In this document: positions 51,717 through 62,824 of the stretch, in pieces
How positions within the stretch are numbered: the first letter of the stretch is position 1
Layout of the letters: each line of letters starts with the position of its first letter
Source: Woeseiaceae bacterium
GTDB lineage: Bacteria; Pseudomonadota; Gammaproteobacteria; Steroidobacterales; Woeseiaceae
Direction of reading: 5' to 3'
Assembly: GCA_965232455.1 (NCBI GenBank)
Contig: OZ246981.1
Coordinates: forward strand, 3,963,911 to 4,027,910
Length of the DNA: 64,000 nucleotides
The notes under the pieces: model-generated
Told to the model about the DNA's origin: nothing
Database searches by the model: none
The model's input: the letters and a program-made list of their open reading frames with translations, nothing else
Translations under genes and position numbers: made by a program

Positions 51717-53945
51717 TCAGTCAGCCAGGTATTCAGCCAGCCAAGCGTGCACTTCTTGCCAGTAGTAACGCGCCTCAGACCCCTTCATGATCCAGTGGTC
51801 CGCGTCGTGAAACACGAGCAGCCGTCCGGGAACCTGTCTGCGCTGCACGTAACTCCATGCCGCGATCGTCTGGTTGATGGGTACCCGAAAATCCTTCTCG
51901 CCGATTGTCAGTAGTATCGGTGTCGAGTAGTTGCGGGCAAACGACGACGGGCTCTGCTCGTCCCAAATCGGGCTGTCGCCCCAGGGCGGGCCGCCGGCAT
52001 TGATTTCACGATGATGTATGACGTCACTCGTCGACCACTGGCCTTCCATGTCGACCAGTCCCGCATGACCCACGAGGGCGCGAAAACGCGTGGTCGTGCC
52101 CTGCAGCCAGTTGATCAGGTGGCCACCATAGCTCGCGCCGCTGGCGGCCTGGCGATCGGCGTCGATGAACGGATAGCGCCTGATAGCCTCGTCCAACGCC
52201 GCCACGATCTCATCGCCGGGAGTCTTCAGCGGATCGCCCTGTATCGCCCGCGAGAACTCGACACCGTAGCCGACGGAGCCGGTGTAATCGGTCATGACCA
52301 CGACGTAGCCCGCAGACGCCAGCAGGTGCGGGCTCCAGCGAACGTGGTCGGCATCCAGCGACGACGCGTGCGGGCCGCCGTGGATCAGCGTGACGACGGG
52401 ATACTTCTTATTCTCGTCGAACTTCGGTGGCAGCGCGACGTAGCTGTGGATGCGCCGCCCCAGCGTACTCTCGAACCAGAATTCCCTGAACGGTTGCCGG
52501 TCGAGGACCGCGGCCCGGTCGACGTTAAATGCCGTCAGGCGCTCGTGCTCGCCGTTGCGGGTATGAACACGAACGATTTCGGCCGGCCGCGTCGCGTCTT
52601 CCCAACGAGCGACGACTGCCCGCCCCGCCGCCTGCGGGCCGGCATAGACGCCGCCACTGTTGCCGTTCAGCGCCTCGACACCGCCCCGGCCGCTGGCAGC
52701 CACGCCGAAGAGCCGCACCCTGCCCTCGTCTGGCGCCGTGAAATACACACGATCGCCGCCGCGGCTCACGGTCATGTCCGATACGGAACGATCGAACCCG
52801 GCGGTGAGGAGCTTCGGCTCAGCCGGAAAGTCCTTGGCCTCGCCGCTTTTCGGCCAGTCGAATTGCGCGATCTCGGTGAGATTGTAGGCGTAGCCCGTAA
52901 CCGGTTCGAACAGGCAGTACAGCGAGTTCCCGTCCGCGGAGAACGTCGCCGCGCGGCAACTCCACTCGTCGCCGACTGTCAGCGCTTCCGGCTCACCGCC
53001 GCTGTCCGCGATACGGAACAGGTGGTAGAGCGTCTCGGCGTGCGCGCTGTCGTCCAGGTTCACCGTCGCCGATATCACCAGCGCACGGCCGTCGGGCGCC
53101 CACTCCGGGTGCAGGCTTTCGCCCGCGAGCGACGGGACGCCGGCGAAGCCGGGCAAGGCCACGAAATCCGTGCCTGCCATCAGGTCCCTCGCCTCAGCGC
53201 CCGGCACGGCCTGCTGCACAAATACGTGCGTCTGCAGATCGTCGCGCCAGCGATTCCACTGCCGGATCGGAAAGATCTCGTATGTCGAAACCTCGTAGTC
53301 GCGGTCTTCCCGCGCCTTTTTTTCTTCTGCATTCTCTTCGTCCGACATGGCACCCGGATAGACGCGGCTCTCGAATGCCACGCGTTTGCCATCCGGACTC
53401 CATTTCGGCCCGGATGCGCCGGTGGCGAGCGACGTGATCTGCTGAGCCTCACCCGGCATTGTCATGTCCAGCACGTATATCTGGCTGACGTCTTCTTCGC
53501 CGCGCTTACTGCTGAAGGCGATCCGTGTGCTGTCGGGACTCCATGCAACACCGTCTTCCGAGTCGCTCGATGCCGTCAACCGCCTAGGCTCCCGGTCCCC
53601 GTCCACAGCCACCAGCCACAAATCGCTGACGGTTTCCTCTTCGTCGTAGTCAGGCTCCGTCACCTGAACAATCACCCACTCGCCATCGGGACTCGGCACC
53701 GGCGTTCCGAGGCGGCGCATGGTCCAGACGTCTTCGTGGGTGACGGGGCGTACATCGGCGCCATCGTGGCTGTCTGCAACGACATTGGTTGGGAAATAGA
53801 CAAGCAACAACAAGCCGATGATTCGCGACACAACGATTCTCCTCGTATCCGGTGGGGCAAGCGCCACATAATACTCTGGGTCATGCCGTTCCGCTCTCAG
53901 CATTTTGTGCATACATGATGCATAGCTGACATACGCAAATCTCAC
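51717..53945 (-). CDS. S9 prolyl-oligopeptidase family peptidase with N-terminal beta-propeller
   Basis: C-terminal GASYGG nucleophile elbow and His/Asp. TolB-like propeller repeats. N-terminal anchor. Confidence 0.75.
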   Translation of the reverse strand: MRFAYVSYASCMHKMLRAERHDPEYYVALAPPDTRRIVVSRIIGLLLLVYFPTNVVADSHDGADVRPVTHEDVWTMRRLGTPVPSPDGEWVIVQVTEPDYDEEETVSDLWLVAVDGDREPRRLTASSDSEDGVAWSPDSTRIAFSSKRGEEDVSQIYVLDMTMPGEAQQITSLATGASGPKWSPDGKRVAFESRVYPGAMSDEENAEEKKAREDRDYEVSTYEIFPIRQWNRWRDDLQTHVFVQQAVPGAEARDLMAGTDFVALPGFAGVPSLAGESLHPEWAPDGRALVISATVNLDDSAHAETLYHLFRIADSGGEPEALTVGDEWSCRAATFSADGNSLYCLFEPVTGYAYNLTEIAQFDWPKSGEAKDFPAEPKLLTAGFDRSVSDMTVSRGGDRVYFTAPDEGRVRLFGVAASGRGGVEALNGNSGGVYAGPQAAGRAVVARWEDATRPAEIVRVHTRNGEHERLTAFNVDRAAVLDRQPFREFWFESTLGRRIHSYVALPPKFDENKKYPVVTLIHGGPHASSLDADHVRWSPHLLASAGYVVVMTDYTGSVGYGVEFSRAIQGDPLKTPGDEIVAALDEAIRRYPFIDADRQAASGASYGGHLINWLQGTTTRFRALVGHAGLVDMEGQWSTSDVIHHREINAGGPPWGDSPIWDEQSPSSFARNYSTPILLTIGEKDFRVPINQTIAAWSYVQRRQVPGRLLVFHDADHWIMKGSEARYYWQEVHAWLAEYLAD

Positions 53946-54107
53946 GCACGCCGTGATTTAGAAGCGGACGTCCCACATCCGCACACGCCCGTCCCACGAG
54001 CGGACGTCTCCGGCCGGTAGTGATTCGGCTGAAAAACACTGAAGCTCCACATATCAAGCGCTTACGGTCTGCACGCAAGCTGGCACGATTAATGCAGATT
54101 TGCCGGC

Positions 54108-55361
54108 ATGGATATCAAAAGAACGGGAGTTCAGGCGCGCAAGCGCCGTCGCCGGATTTGGATCGGGTCGGCGATAGCCGCGGTGGCCGCGCTGATTGCC
54201 TTCGTCATGCTTGGCATCGAACCGCCAACGCCCACAGTACAGCAGTCGCAAATCTGGATCGACCGCGTGCAGGAGGGCGAGATGCTCCGCCAGGTGCGTG
54301 GCACAGGCGTACTGGTGCCGAGGGAAGTGCGATGGATAGCCGCACAGAGCCCCGGCCGTATCGAGCGTATCCTGGTCAAGCCCGGAGCGCGTGTCACCGC
54401 CGACCAGGTATTGATGGTCATGACCAACCCGGACCTGCACCAGGCCATGGAAGAAAGCGAGTGGGCCCTGAGCGCGGGGCGGGCCGAATTCGCGTCGGCA
54501 CGCGTGGAGATGGAAAACGAGATCCTGGACCGACAGGCAAACCTGGCCAGTGTCGAAGCCCGGTACGAGAGCGCCCGGCTGCAAAGTGAAGCCGAAACCA
54601 GACTCTCGAAAGACGGCATCGTCCCCGAAATTCAGGCGCAGCAATCCACGCTGGATGCGGAGCAGCTGAAGACTCGCCTGGACATTGAGCGCCAACGATT
54701 CGAGAAGTACCGCCTGGTCGTCGAGGCTCGACTGGAAGCCGAAGAGGCACGGGTTCAGCAGCTGGAAAACACGCTTTCCCGGCGACGTGAGCAGGTTACC
54801 AACCTGGAAGTGCGCGCCGGCACGGACGGCGTGCTGCAGGAGTTGGTCGTGGAAGAAGGCCAGCAAATCGTCATCGGCACGAGCATCGGGCGCGTGGCCC
54901 GTCCCGGTGACCTGATGGCGGAATTGCGGATACCGGAGATCAACGCACGATTCGTGCAGCTCGACCAGCTTGTCGCGATCGATACGCGCAATGGAAAGGT
55001 CGGCGGCCGGGTAGCCCGCATTGATCCGGCGGTAAGAAACGGGACCGTACAGGTTGATGTCGATCTGGCGGGCGAATTGCCAACGGGCGCGAGACCCGAT
55101 CTCACGGTGGACGGGATCATCGAGATAGAGCGCCTGGACGACGTCGTCTTTGTCAGCCGCCCGGCGTACGCCCAGGCCGACAGCGTAACGCAGCTGTTTC
55201 GCGTCGACGACTCCGGCGTCGCCACGCGCGTACAGGTTCGACTCGGCCGTACCTCCGTCAACCAGGTGGAAGTCCTGGGCGGCCTGTCGCCCGGTGACCA
55301 GGTCATCGTCTCCGACATCAGCGCATGGGATCGTCACGATCGATTGAAGATCGACTACTAG
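54108..55361 (+). CDS. HlyD/MacA-type periplasmic adaptor (membrane fusion protein)
   Basis: N-terminal TM, coiled coils, beta-barrel lipoyl-like segments. Confidence 0.75.
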   Translation: MDIKRTGVQARKRRRRIWIGSAIAAVAALIAFVMLGIEPPTPTVQQSQIWIDRVQEGEMLRQVRGTGVLVPREVRWIAAQSPGRIERILVKPGARVTADQVLMVMTNPDLHQAMEESEWALSAGRAEFASARVEMENEILDRQANLASVEARYESARLQSEAETRLSKDGIVPEIQAQQSTLDAEQLKTRLDIERQRFEKYRLVVEARLEAEEARVQQLENTLSRRREQVTNLEVRAGTDGVLQELVVEEGQQIVIGTSIGRVARPGDLMAELRIPEINARFVQLDQLVAIDTRNGKVGGRVARIDPAVRNGTVQVDVDLAGELPTGARPDLTVDGIIEIERLDDVVFVSRPAYAQADSVTQLFRVDDSGVATRVQVRLGRTSVNQVEVLGGLSPGDQVIVSDISAWDRHDRLKIDY

Positions 55362-55413
55362 GGCCCGTGAGTTTGAAAGATGCTACTTCGTCACAGAAAC
55401 AGGAAACCAGAAT

Positions 55414-56187
55414 ATGAGTGCCAGTCATCTGATCGAGATCAATAACCTGAGCAAGGTCTTCTATACCGACGAGATCGAGACCCATGCCTTGTCGGACATC
55501 GAGCTTCACATCCGTACCGGGGAGTACGTTGCGATCAACGGTCCATCGGGTTGCGGCAAGTCAACCCTGCTGTCGATTCTCGGCCTGCTGGACACACCCA
55601 GCAACGGATCGTATCGGCTGAACGGCGTACCCGTCGAAGACATCGACATAGTTGAACGGGCCCGAATCCGCAATCAGGAAATCGGCTTCATATTCCAGGC
55701 ATTCAATCTTATTGGCGAACTGACCGTTGCGGAAAACGTCGCCATGCCGCTGGTTTACCGCGACGGTGTGTCGAAGGGCGAGCGGTTCAAGCTTGCGGAG
55801 GCTGCGCTCGAGCGCGTAGGCATGGCGCACCGCGTAAATCATTACCCGGCCCAGCTATCGGGTGGCCAACAGCAACGGGTAGCCGTAGCCAGGGCCCTCG
55901 TCGGACACCCGAAGATCCTGCTGGCCGATGAGCCCACGGGTAACCTGGACTCCCGCAACGGTGAAGGGGTCATGGCCCTGCTGGAAGAACTCCATGCCCA
56001 CGGCGCGACTATCTGCATGGTGACGCACGATCCCCGTTACGCCGAGTTCGCCCAGCGCAGCGTGCATCTTTTTGACGGTCGCATCGTCGACGAGGAAACG
56101 ATGAGCCAGATGCGCGAGGAAGAGGAGCTACGATTTCGCAAGCTGATCGAAAACGCACGCCAGTCGGCTCGTGCGGCGACAGCCTGA
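55414..56187 (+). CDS. ABC transporter ATP-binding protein (MacB/LolD type)
   Basis: Walker [10 protein letters not shown], signature LSGGQQQR, Walker B, H-loop. Confidence 0.85.
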   Translation: MSASHLIEINNLSKVFYTDEIETHALSDIELHIRTGEYVAINGPSGCGKSTLLSILGLLDTPSNGSYRLNGVPVEDIDIVERARIRNQEIGFIFQAFNLIGELTVAENVAMPLVYRDGVSKGERFKLAEAALERVGMAHRVNHYPAQLSGGQQQRVAVARALVGHPKILLADEPTGNLDSRNGEGVMALLEELHAHGATICMVTHDPRYAEFAQRSVHLFDGRIVDEETMSQMREEEELRFRKLIENARQSARAATA

Positions 56188-56199
56188 AGGAGATGCAGC

Positions 56200-58686
56200 A
56201 TGAGTAACCGTGACGACCTCGATTTTGCATGGAAATCGCTGCGCAAGAGCCCCGGGTTCGCTGCCGTCGCGATCGTGACGCTGGCGCTCGGGCTCGGGCT
56301 CAACGCCGCCGTCTTCAGCATCGTCAACGCAGTGCTGCTCAAACCGCTGGAGCTACCGAATCCGGATGAGCTGGTGTTCGTCAACGGAGAGATGAAGGTG
56401 CGCGAGGTAGACTATTTCCCGTATTCGCCTCCGGACTGGCGTGATCTGAACGACACGGCGGACCTGCTCGTCGGTATCGCGGCCTACAACACCTTTAACA
56501 ACACGCTCAGAAGCCTGGAGGGTGATGCCGAACAGGTTATCGCTGCCGGCATCACCAACAACTTCTTCGAGGTGGCGGGGGTGCGGCCGTATATCGGTCG
56601 AGCATTCGATGCCGGGGACGCCGCCTACTCACTGCAGGACGTACCCGAAGGAACGCCGTTTCCTGCAAACACATTCGCACCGGCCAGGGTCGCGCTGGTC
56701 AGTCACGAACTCTGGCAACGGCGATTCGGCGGAAGCGAGGAAATCCTGGGGCAGGTGATGGACCTGGGTGGCAATCGGGTCGAGATCGTCGGCGTCATGC
56801 CGGACGGGTTCCGTTTCGATATGCCGCCCGAGGCCGGTACGAATCCGGAACCCGACGTGTTCCTACCCGTGCGGATAGACTACGAGAATGCGCTGCGCGA
56901 CAACGTATTCATGAACCTCGTTGGCCGGCTCAAGCCGAACGTCACTACGGAACAGGCGCAGGCCCAGCTCGATGCGTTCGTCGCCCGCATTAACGACCGC
57001 TACGAGATCAGGGCGTCAGTCGGCTGGAATACCTATTACCGCGACTTGCACAGTGCGATCAGCACACCGGTTCGTGCGTCGGTACTCGTACTGATGGCAG
57101 CCGTCGTATTCGTGCTGTTGATCGCCTGCGCCAACGTGGCGAATCTGCTGCTGGTGCGAGCATCCAGCCGTTCACGCGAAACGGCCATTCGTGCGGCGCT
57201 GGGCGGCACCCGACGTCGATTGCTTCGCCAGATGTTTATGGAAGCCGGCCTCATAGCGATCGGCGGCGCTGTACTTGGACTCGTCCTGGCCGAGGGTGGC
57301 ATCCGTTTCCTGCATGCGCTCGGCCCGGAGGGCCTGCCGATGGCGAGCCAGATCCGGCTGGACCTGAACGTCGTACTGTTCACGTTGTTGATCACCGTGG
57401 GCTCGACCGTGCTGGCCGGCATCGTGCCCGCGCTCAGGGCATCCCGGTCCAGCCTGGTCGACGAGCTGCGACAGCGCGCCGGCAGTTCCCGCTCCAGCGG
57501 CGGCAAGCTGTTTCGCGATGGCATGGTCATCCTGGAAGTCACGCTGTCTTTCGTGCTGCTGGTCGGCGCCGGCCTGATGGTGCGTAGCTTCATTTCACTG
57601 CAATCGACGGACCCGGGCTTCAATCCGGAAAACGTGCTGACGTTCAACCTGAACCTGCCCAACGACAAATATCCGCTGCCGGCTGACCAGCTCCGTTTCT
57701 GGGACCAGCTTTACGAGCAGATCTCCCTGACACCCGGCGTCGAAAGTGTCGGAACGATCGGCCCGCTCCCGCTTACGGGCGTAGGCCTCAACGGCCGCTA
57801 TGCAACCGAGGAGAACAGCGGCAACCTGGAATCGTACCGGCAGGCGGATTACCGTGCCATCAAGGGCGACTACTTTCAGACCATGCAGACGGAGTTACTG
57901 GCCGGCCGCGTGTTCAATCGCGACGACGAGCTGAACGCGCCGGCCTACGTCATCATCGACGACATTTTGGCCAGCAAGAATTTCGCCGGCGAGGACCCGG
58001 TGGGCCAGAAGCTTATGGTGCGATTCGGGCCGGATCCCACCCTTGTAGAGATCATCGGCGTGGTGCGTCACCAGGATTCGGCTCAGCTCCAGGAGGAAGG
58101 GAACGATACCCTCTTCATGACGAACGAGCTGATGGCGGCTTTCGGGCCATTCGGATCGTTCGTCGTACGCACCCAGGCGGATCCGGCGAGCTTCGCCGGA
58201 CCCGTCAGGGAACTCGTGCGCAACCTGGATGCCGACGTCGTTCTGCAGGACGTGCAGCCCATGACCGAGGTCGTGGATGAGGCCCAGGCACCGACGTGGT
58301 TTGCGCTGAGCCTGATCAGCATCTTTGGCGCTATTGCCCTGATACTCGCGAGCGTCGGTCTGTACTCGGTTCTGTCTTACATCGTTCGCCTGCGGCAGGG
58401 CGAGCTGGGCGTCCGAATGACCTTCGGCGCCACGCCCGCGCGCATCTTTTCGCTCGTCGTGGGCCGGGGACTCTTCCTGGCAGTGATCGGCGGTGCCTTG
58501 GGCGTCGTGATCGCGCTCTCGGTTACGCGCCTCATGCAGGACCTGCTGATCGGCGTCTCGCCGACTGATCCGGTTGCGTTCGTATCCACCGCCGTATTGT
58601 TCCTGGGGATTGCGTTCCTTGCGTCCTTCATCCCGGCGCGACGCGCAACCCGCGTCGATCCCGTGATCTCGCTACGCTGGGAATAG
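56200..58686 (+). CDS. ABC transporter permease with duplicated FtsX domains
   Basis: 828 aa. MacB_PCD-like periplasmic domains and two FtsX 4-TM modules. Confidence 0.8.
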   Translation: MSNRDDLDFAWKSLRKSPGFAAVAIVTLALGLGLNAAVFSIVNAVLLKPLELPNPDELVFVNGEMKVREVDYFPYSPPDWRDLNDTADLLVGIAAYNTFNNTLRSLEGDAEQVIAAGITNNFFEVAGVRPYIGRAFDAGDAAYSLQDVPEGTPFPANTFAPARVALVSHELWQRRFGGSEEILGQVMDLGGNRVEIVGVMPDGFRFDMPPEAGTNPEPDVFLPVRIDYENALRDNVFMNLVGRLKPNVTTEQAQAQLDAFVARINDRYEIRASVGWNTYYRDLHSAISTPVRASVLVLMAAVVFVLLIACANVANLLLVRASSRSRETAIRAALGGTRRRLLRQMFMEAGLIAIGGAVLGLVLAEGGIRFLHALGPEGLPMASQIRLDLNVVLFTLLITVGSTVLAGIVPALRASRSSLVDELRQRAGSSRSSGGKLFRDGMVILEVTLSFVLLVGAGLMVRSFISLQSTDPGFNPENVLTFNLNLPNDKYPLPADQLRFWDQLYEQISLTPGVESVGTIGPLPLTGVGLNGRYATEENSGNLESYRQADYRAIKGDYFQTMQTELLAGRVFNRDDELNAPAYVIIDDILASKNFAGEDPVGQKLMVRFGPDPTLVEIIGVVRHQDSAQLQEEGNDTLFMTNELMAAFGPFGSFVVRTQADPASFAGPVRELVRNLDADVVLQDVQPMTEVVDEAQAPTWFALSLISIFGAIALILASVGLYSVLSYIVRLRQGELGVRMTFGATPARIFSLVVGRGLFLAVIGGALGVVIALSVTRLMQDLLIGVSPTDPVAFVSTAVLFLGIAFLASFIPARRATRVDPVISLRWE

Positions 58687-58765
58687 CCGACCCGCCGGCG
58701 ACCGCGCATGCGCCCTGCCCGGTCGCCGCTTGACCCGTTGTGTCAATTGGCGTAAGAGCGACGGT

Positions 58766-60166
58766 ATGTCAGCAGCGACAACAGCCCCGTCCGGGCGCAA
58801 GTCCGATCTCACCAGGGTGCTGGTTGCCGACGATCAGCGTGACGTAACACGGGCGCTCGAACTGCTGTTGGGTGGTGAGGGATTCGACGTCGACTGTGCC
58901 GAATCCCCGGAGGCGGTGCTCGCCGCCGTTCGCGATGAGAGTTACGACGTCGCCCTGATTGACCTGAATTACACGCGAGACACGACATCCGGCGCCGAAG
59001 GGCTGCAGCTGCTCGACGAACTGCGGAATCTCGATCCGGATTTGCGGGTAGTCGTCATGACCGCATGGAGCACGGTGGAACTGGCCGTGAACGCCATGCA
59101 GCACGGCGCAGCCGACTTCGTCGAGAAGCCCTGGAAGAACAATCGGCTGCTCAACATATTGCGCAGCCAGGCCACGCTGGTCGGAGCGTTGCGGGATCAA
59201 CGGCGCATCCGCGCTGCCGGCCGGCGGCAGACCGAAGACGCTGCCGACGAGCTCATTGCCGAGGCGCCTGCCATGCTGTCGGTACTGGAGACGGTCTCGC
59301 GCGTGGCACCGTCCGACGCGAGTGTGCTGATTACCGGGGACAACGGCACCGGCAAGACCCTGATTGGCAGGCAGATACATCTCATGTCCGAGCGTGCGCA
59401 GGGGCCTTTCGTGCTGATCAACATGGGGGGACTGGCGGGCGGTGTGTTCGAGAGCGAAATGTTCGGTCATTTGAAAGGCGCGTTTACGGACGCCAGGGAA
59501 GAGCGTATCGGACGAATCGAGATGGCGCACGGCGGCACGCTCTTCCTCGACGAGATCGGCAACCTGCCAATGGAGCAGCAGACCAAGCTGCTTCACGTTA
59601 TCGAGACAGGCCAGTTCGAGCCCGTCGGCGCGTCGCGCAGCCGAACCAGCGACGTGAGGCTGATCACCGCGACCAATTCCGATCTCAAACAGGCAGTCGC
59701 CGATGGCGCGTTTCGCAAGGACCTGTACTTTCGCCTCAACACCGTGGAAATCGAGCTGCCGCCGCTTGCCGAACGGTCCGAAGATATCGAGCCGCTGGCG
59801 CGGCATTTTCTCGCACGCCACCGCGAGCGCTACGGGCGTTCCGATCTGCAACTCTCCTCGGCCGCGATGGACGTGCTCGGTCGCTATCCCTGGCCGGGAA
59901 ACGTCCGGGAGCTGGACCACGTCGTGGAACGCGCCGTGCTGCTGGCCACGGAAACTGCAATCGAGCCTGCCGACCTGCGCCTCGAAGATGGCGGTGGAGC
60001 GTTCGGCGCAGGCCTATCGGTGATGACGCTCGACGAAGCCGAAAAAACATTGATACAGACCGCCATTTCCCGTTGCGACGGTAGTGTGACCCGTGCCGCC
60101 AAAATACTTGGGGTTAGCCGCAGCGCCCTATACCGGCGGATGGAGAAACACGGACTTGGCACCTGA
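58766..60166 (+). CDS. Sigma-54-dependent response regulator (NtrC family)
   Basis: REC domain (VLVADD...D), AAA+ sigma-54 activator (GESGTGK-like, GAFTDA), C-terminal HTH_8. The start was moved to ATG 58766 from a TTG. Confidence 0.85.
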   Translation: MSAATTAPSGRKSDLTRVLVADDQRDVTRALELLLGGEGFDVDCAESPEAVLAAVRDESYDVALIDLNYTRDTTSGAEGLQLLDELRNLDPDLRVVVMTAWSTVELAVNAMQHGAADFVEKPWKNNRLLNILRSQATLVGALRDQRRIRAAGRRQTEDAADELIAEAPAMLSVLETVSRVAPSDASVLITGDNGTGKTLIGRQIHLMSERAQGPFVLINMGGLAGGVFESEMFGHLKGAFTDAREERIGRIEMAHGGTLFLDEIGNLPMEQQTKLLHVIETGQFEPVGASRSRTSDVRLITATNSDLKQAVADGAFRKDLYFRLNTVEIELPPLAERSEDIEPLARHFLARHRERYGRSDLQLSSAAMDVLGRYPWPGNVRELDHVVERAVLLATETAIEPADLRLEDGGGAFGAGLSVMTLDEAEKTLIQTAISRCDGSVTRAAKILGVSRSALYRRMEKHGLGT

Positions 60167-61511
60167 TAGACAATCCGTCGGCACTCGGCACAGACAGCGA
60201 CACCCTCATTACGAGCATCGACTGGTACTGATCGCAGCACTGAGCGCCGTGCCATTCGCCGTGCTTTGCGTTTTATTTCTTGCCGGCGTCCGACCGCCAC
60301 CGCTCATCGGAGTTGCCTGGCTGCTGGCGGCACTGGGATTGTGGTGGCTGGGACTTCGCGCGCTCAGGAAGCGTGCCGCCTATTCATTGCGGACCGTGGC
60401 GACGTTGCTCGAGTCGCTACGCGAAGGCGACTTTCTCCATCGGGGTCGCATGGACATGCCGGGCGATGCATTGGGGGAACTGGTCAGAGAAGTCAATCAA
60501 CTTCGAGACACCCTGCATCGACAACGAGTCAAGGTGCAGGAGACGACCGCCCTGCTTGCGAAGGTGATCGACACGGTGGACATCGCCGTGTTCACGTTCG
60601 GCCCTGATCGGCGTTTGCGACTGGTAAACGCGGCCGGCCGCGCCCTTGCCGGTATACAGACCCGGTCCAGCGACGAACTACAGGGGCTGGATGCCACCAC
60701 GCTGAAGCTCGACGACCTGCTGGATGCTCCCCACCAACAAGTGATCGAGCGCGAGTTTGATGGAACCCCCGGTCGCTGGGAGGTTCGCCATCGCATATTT
60801 CGGGAAGGCGGAGAGGTGCATCATCTACTCGTGATTGCCGATCTCAGCCGCGCACTGCGTGAGCAGGAACGCCAGGCATGGCAACGACTCATCCGGGTGC
60901 TCGGCCATGAGATCAATAACTCACTGGCGCCGATTCAATCGATCAGCGAGACGCTGGCCGGCCGTGTCGACGGTCGCCTGACCGACTCGGGTCTTGAGGA
61001 AGACGTGAAAGACGGCCTGGGCCTTATATCCGACCGATCAGCGGCACTGGAACGGTTCGTCAAAGGTTACACCCTGCTGGCAAAGTTGCCGGAGCCGAGC
61101 CTGGAGACTGTAGACCTTGGCACCCTGATACGACGAGCGGCAAGGTTTGAGGATACGGAGAGGGTGACTTGCGACGGACCGGAAGCAATGGTTCAAGCGG
61201 ATCCCGCACAACTCGAGCAACTCCTGCTCAATCTGATTAAAAACGGACTCGAGGCGAGCCCGCCGGACGGGAAGGTGCATATCGCCTGGACCGTCGACCA
61301 GCATGGCGCCACGATCGATATCGAAGACGAAGGCGCGGGCGTACCGGAATCGGAAAACCTGTTCGTTCCGTTCTTCACCACGAAGCCCGATGGTAACGGT
61401 ATCGGACTGGTCCTTGCCCGCCAGATCGCCGAGGCTCATGGTGGGCAGGTCGAGCTCTGCAACCGTGAGGCGACCGGTTGTCGGGCCCGGCTGCGGTTAC
61501 CGAGCATTTGA
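60093..61511 (+). CDS. Sensor histidine kinase (NtrB-like); start uncertain
   Basis: TM helices, H-box HEINNSLAPI, HATPase GNGIGLVLARQI. The annotated start overlaps the upstream gene by about 70 nt, so the true start is probably internal. Confidence 0.65.
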   Translation: MPPKYLGLAAAPYTGGWRNTDLAPDRQSVGTRHRQRHPHYEHRLVLIAALSAVPFAVLCVLFLAGVRPPPLIGVAWLLAALGLWWLGLRALRKRAAYSLRTVATLLESLREGDFLHRGRMDMPGDALGELVREVNQLRDTLHRQRVKVQETTALLAKVIDTVDIAVFTFGPDRRLRLVNAAGRALAGIQTRSSDELQGLDATTLKLDDLLDAPHQQVIEREFDGTPGRWEVRHRIFREGGEVHHLLVIADLSRALREQERQAWQRLIRVLGHEINNSLAPIQSISETLAGRVDGRLTDSGLEEDVKDGLGLISDRSAALERFVKGYTLLAKLPEPSLETVDLGTLIRRAARFEDTERVTCDGPEAMVQADPAQLEQLLLNLIKNGLEASPPDGKVHIAWTVDQHGATIDIEDEGAGVPESENLFVPFFTTKPDGNGIGLVLARQIAEAHGGQVELCNREATGCRARLRLPSI

Positions 61512-61801
61512 AGAGGCAGGTGCCGCAGGCTCGACAACCGGCTCGCTCGCGCGGTTATGCCGTTTTATCGGTTTCCCGAAGACCACCATCGTCGGACCGG
61601 TGTGACTCAAACTCATGACACCGGAGGGTCGGAGTTTGCGAGACGCATTCGAGGCGTTGATGGATTACGAGTAAGCTTGCTGCGACAGCCACGGTGCTGG
61701 AGAATGACGGTGCTTGAGATTGATCGGCGATTGCTTTTCGAGCATGCCGGCCAATGCGTGTTGATTTGAAACACGGCAGCACTCTCCGGGCCGGATGCGT
61801 C

Positions 61802-62824
61802 ATGGATATCACGGACATGTTTGCAGCAATTCGCACTACCGCGTCGATCCTCGCTCTTTGCTTGCTGACCGCGTGCACGGAAAATTTGTCGGCCAACCGG
61901 CCCTATATCCTGACGACAGCCACGACCGGTGGGACCTACTACCCGGTCGGCGTTGCGCTGGCAACGATCACGAAGTCCGAGCTACACCGAACGGAGGGCA
62001 TCAGCCTTTCCGCGATCAGCTCGGCCGGCTCGATGGAGAACATCAAATTGATGCGCGACAACCAGGCGCAGTTCGCGCTGTTGCAGGGTATCTTCGCGGC
62101 ATGGGCATGGAACGGCGACGGACCGATCAAAAAGCCGCAACCGTGGCTTCGCAGTATCGGCGCCATGTGGCAGAACGCCGAGCACTTCGTGTTGCTGAAA
62201 GAGCTGGCCACGGACGGGTCAATCATGGACCTCGATTCGCTGAACGGCCACCGGTTTGTGCTCGGCGCCAGGAATTCGGGCGCGGAGAGGTCGGGCGACC
62301 ACATCCTCAATAGCCTCGGCATCAACTACAAAGACAAGTTCAACCTCGCCTACATGGGCTATGGCGCGACGGCCAACGCGATTCAGGACGGCACCATCGT
62401 GGGTATGAATATCCCGGCCGGTGTTCCGGTGACAGGCATCACGCGGGCATTCGCGATGGTCGGCGACGAGCTGGTCTTGCTGAGCTTTTCCGATGAGCAA
62501 TTGGCACGAGTCAATGCCCGATATGCGCTGTGGAACCGCTATGTTATTCCGGCAGGCACCTATCCGAATCAACCGCGGGATATCGAATCGATAGCACATC
62601 CAAACGTGCTGGCGGTTCATGCGGACGTTCCCGATGAGGCCGTTTACCAGATCACGCGTGCGATATTCGAGAATCTCGCTTCCCTACGGGAGATCCACAA
62701 AGCCACCCGTGAGGTCACGCTGGAACGCGCACTGATCGGCCTCGGCGCACCGCTGCACCCCGGCGCGTTGCGCTACTACCGGGAAGCCGGGATGGAGATT
62801 CCGCCGGAGCTGGCCCCGCCATGA
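61802..62824 (+). CDS. TAXI-family TRAP transporter solute-binding protein
   Basis: Lipoprotein signal LALCLLTAC and the TAXI core TTATTGGTYYPVGVALA. Confidence 0.75.
   Translation: MDITDMFAAIRTTASILALCLLTACTENLSANRPYILTTATTGGTYYPVGVALATITKSELHRTEGISLSAISSAGSMENIKLMRDNQAQFALLQGIFAAWAWNGDGPIKKPQPWLRSIGAMWQNAEHFVLLKELATDGSIMDLDSLNGHRFVLGARNSGAERSGDHILNSLGINYKDKFNLAYMGYGATANAIQDGTIVGMNIPAGVPVTGITRAFAMVGDELVLLSFSDEQLARVNARYALWNRYVIPAGTYPNQPRDIESIAHPNVLAVHADVPDEAVYQITRAIFENLASLREIHKATREVTLERALIGLGAPLHPGALRYYREAGMEIPPELAPP

Noticed and set aside
52011-53918. 635-aa plus ORF
   Set aside because: Antisense to the S9 peptidase. It lacks motifs and is Arg-rich.
54054-55337. 427-aa minus ORF
   Set aside because: Antisense to the HlyD/MacA adaptor gene.
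58769-59920. 383-aa minus ORF
   Set aside because: Antisense to the NtrC-like response regulator.
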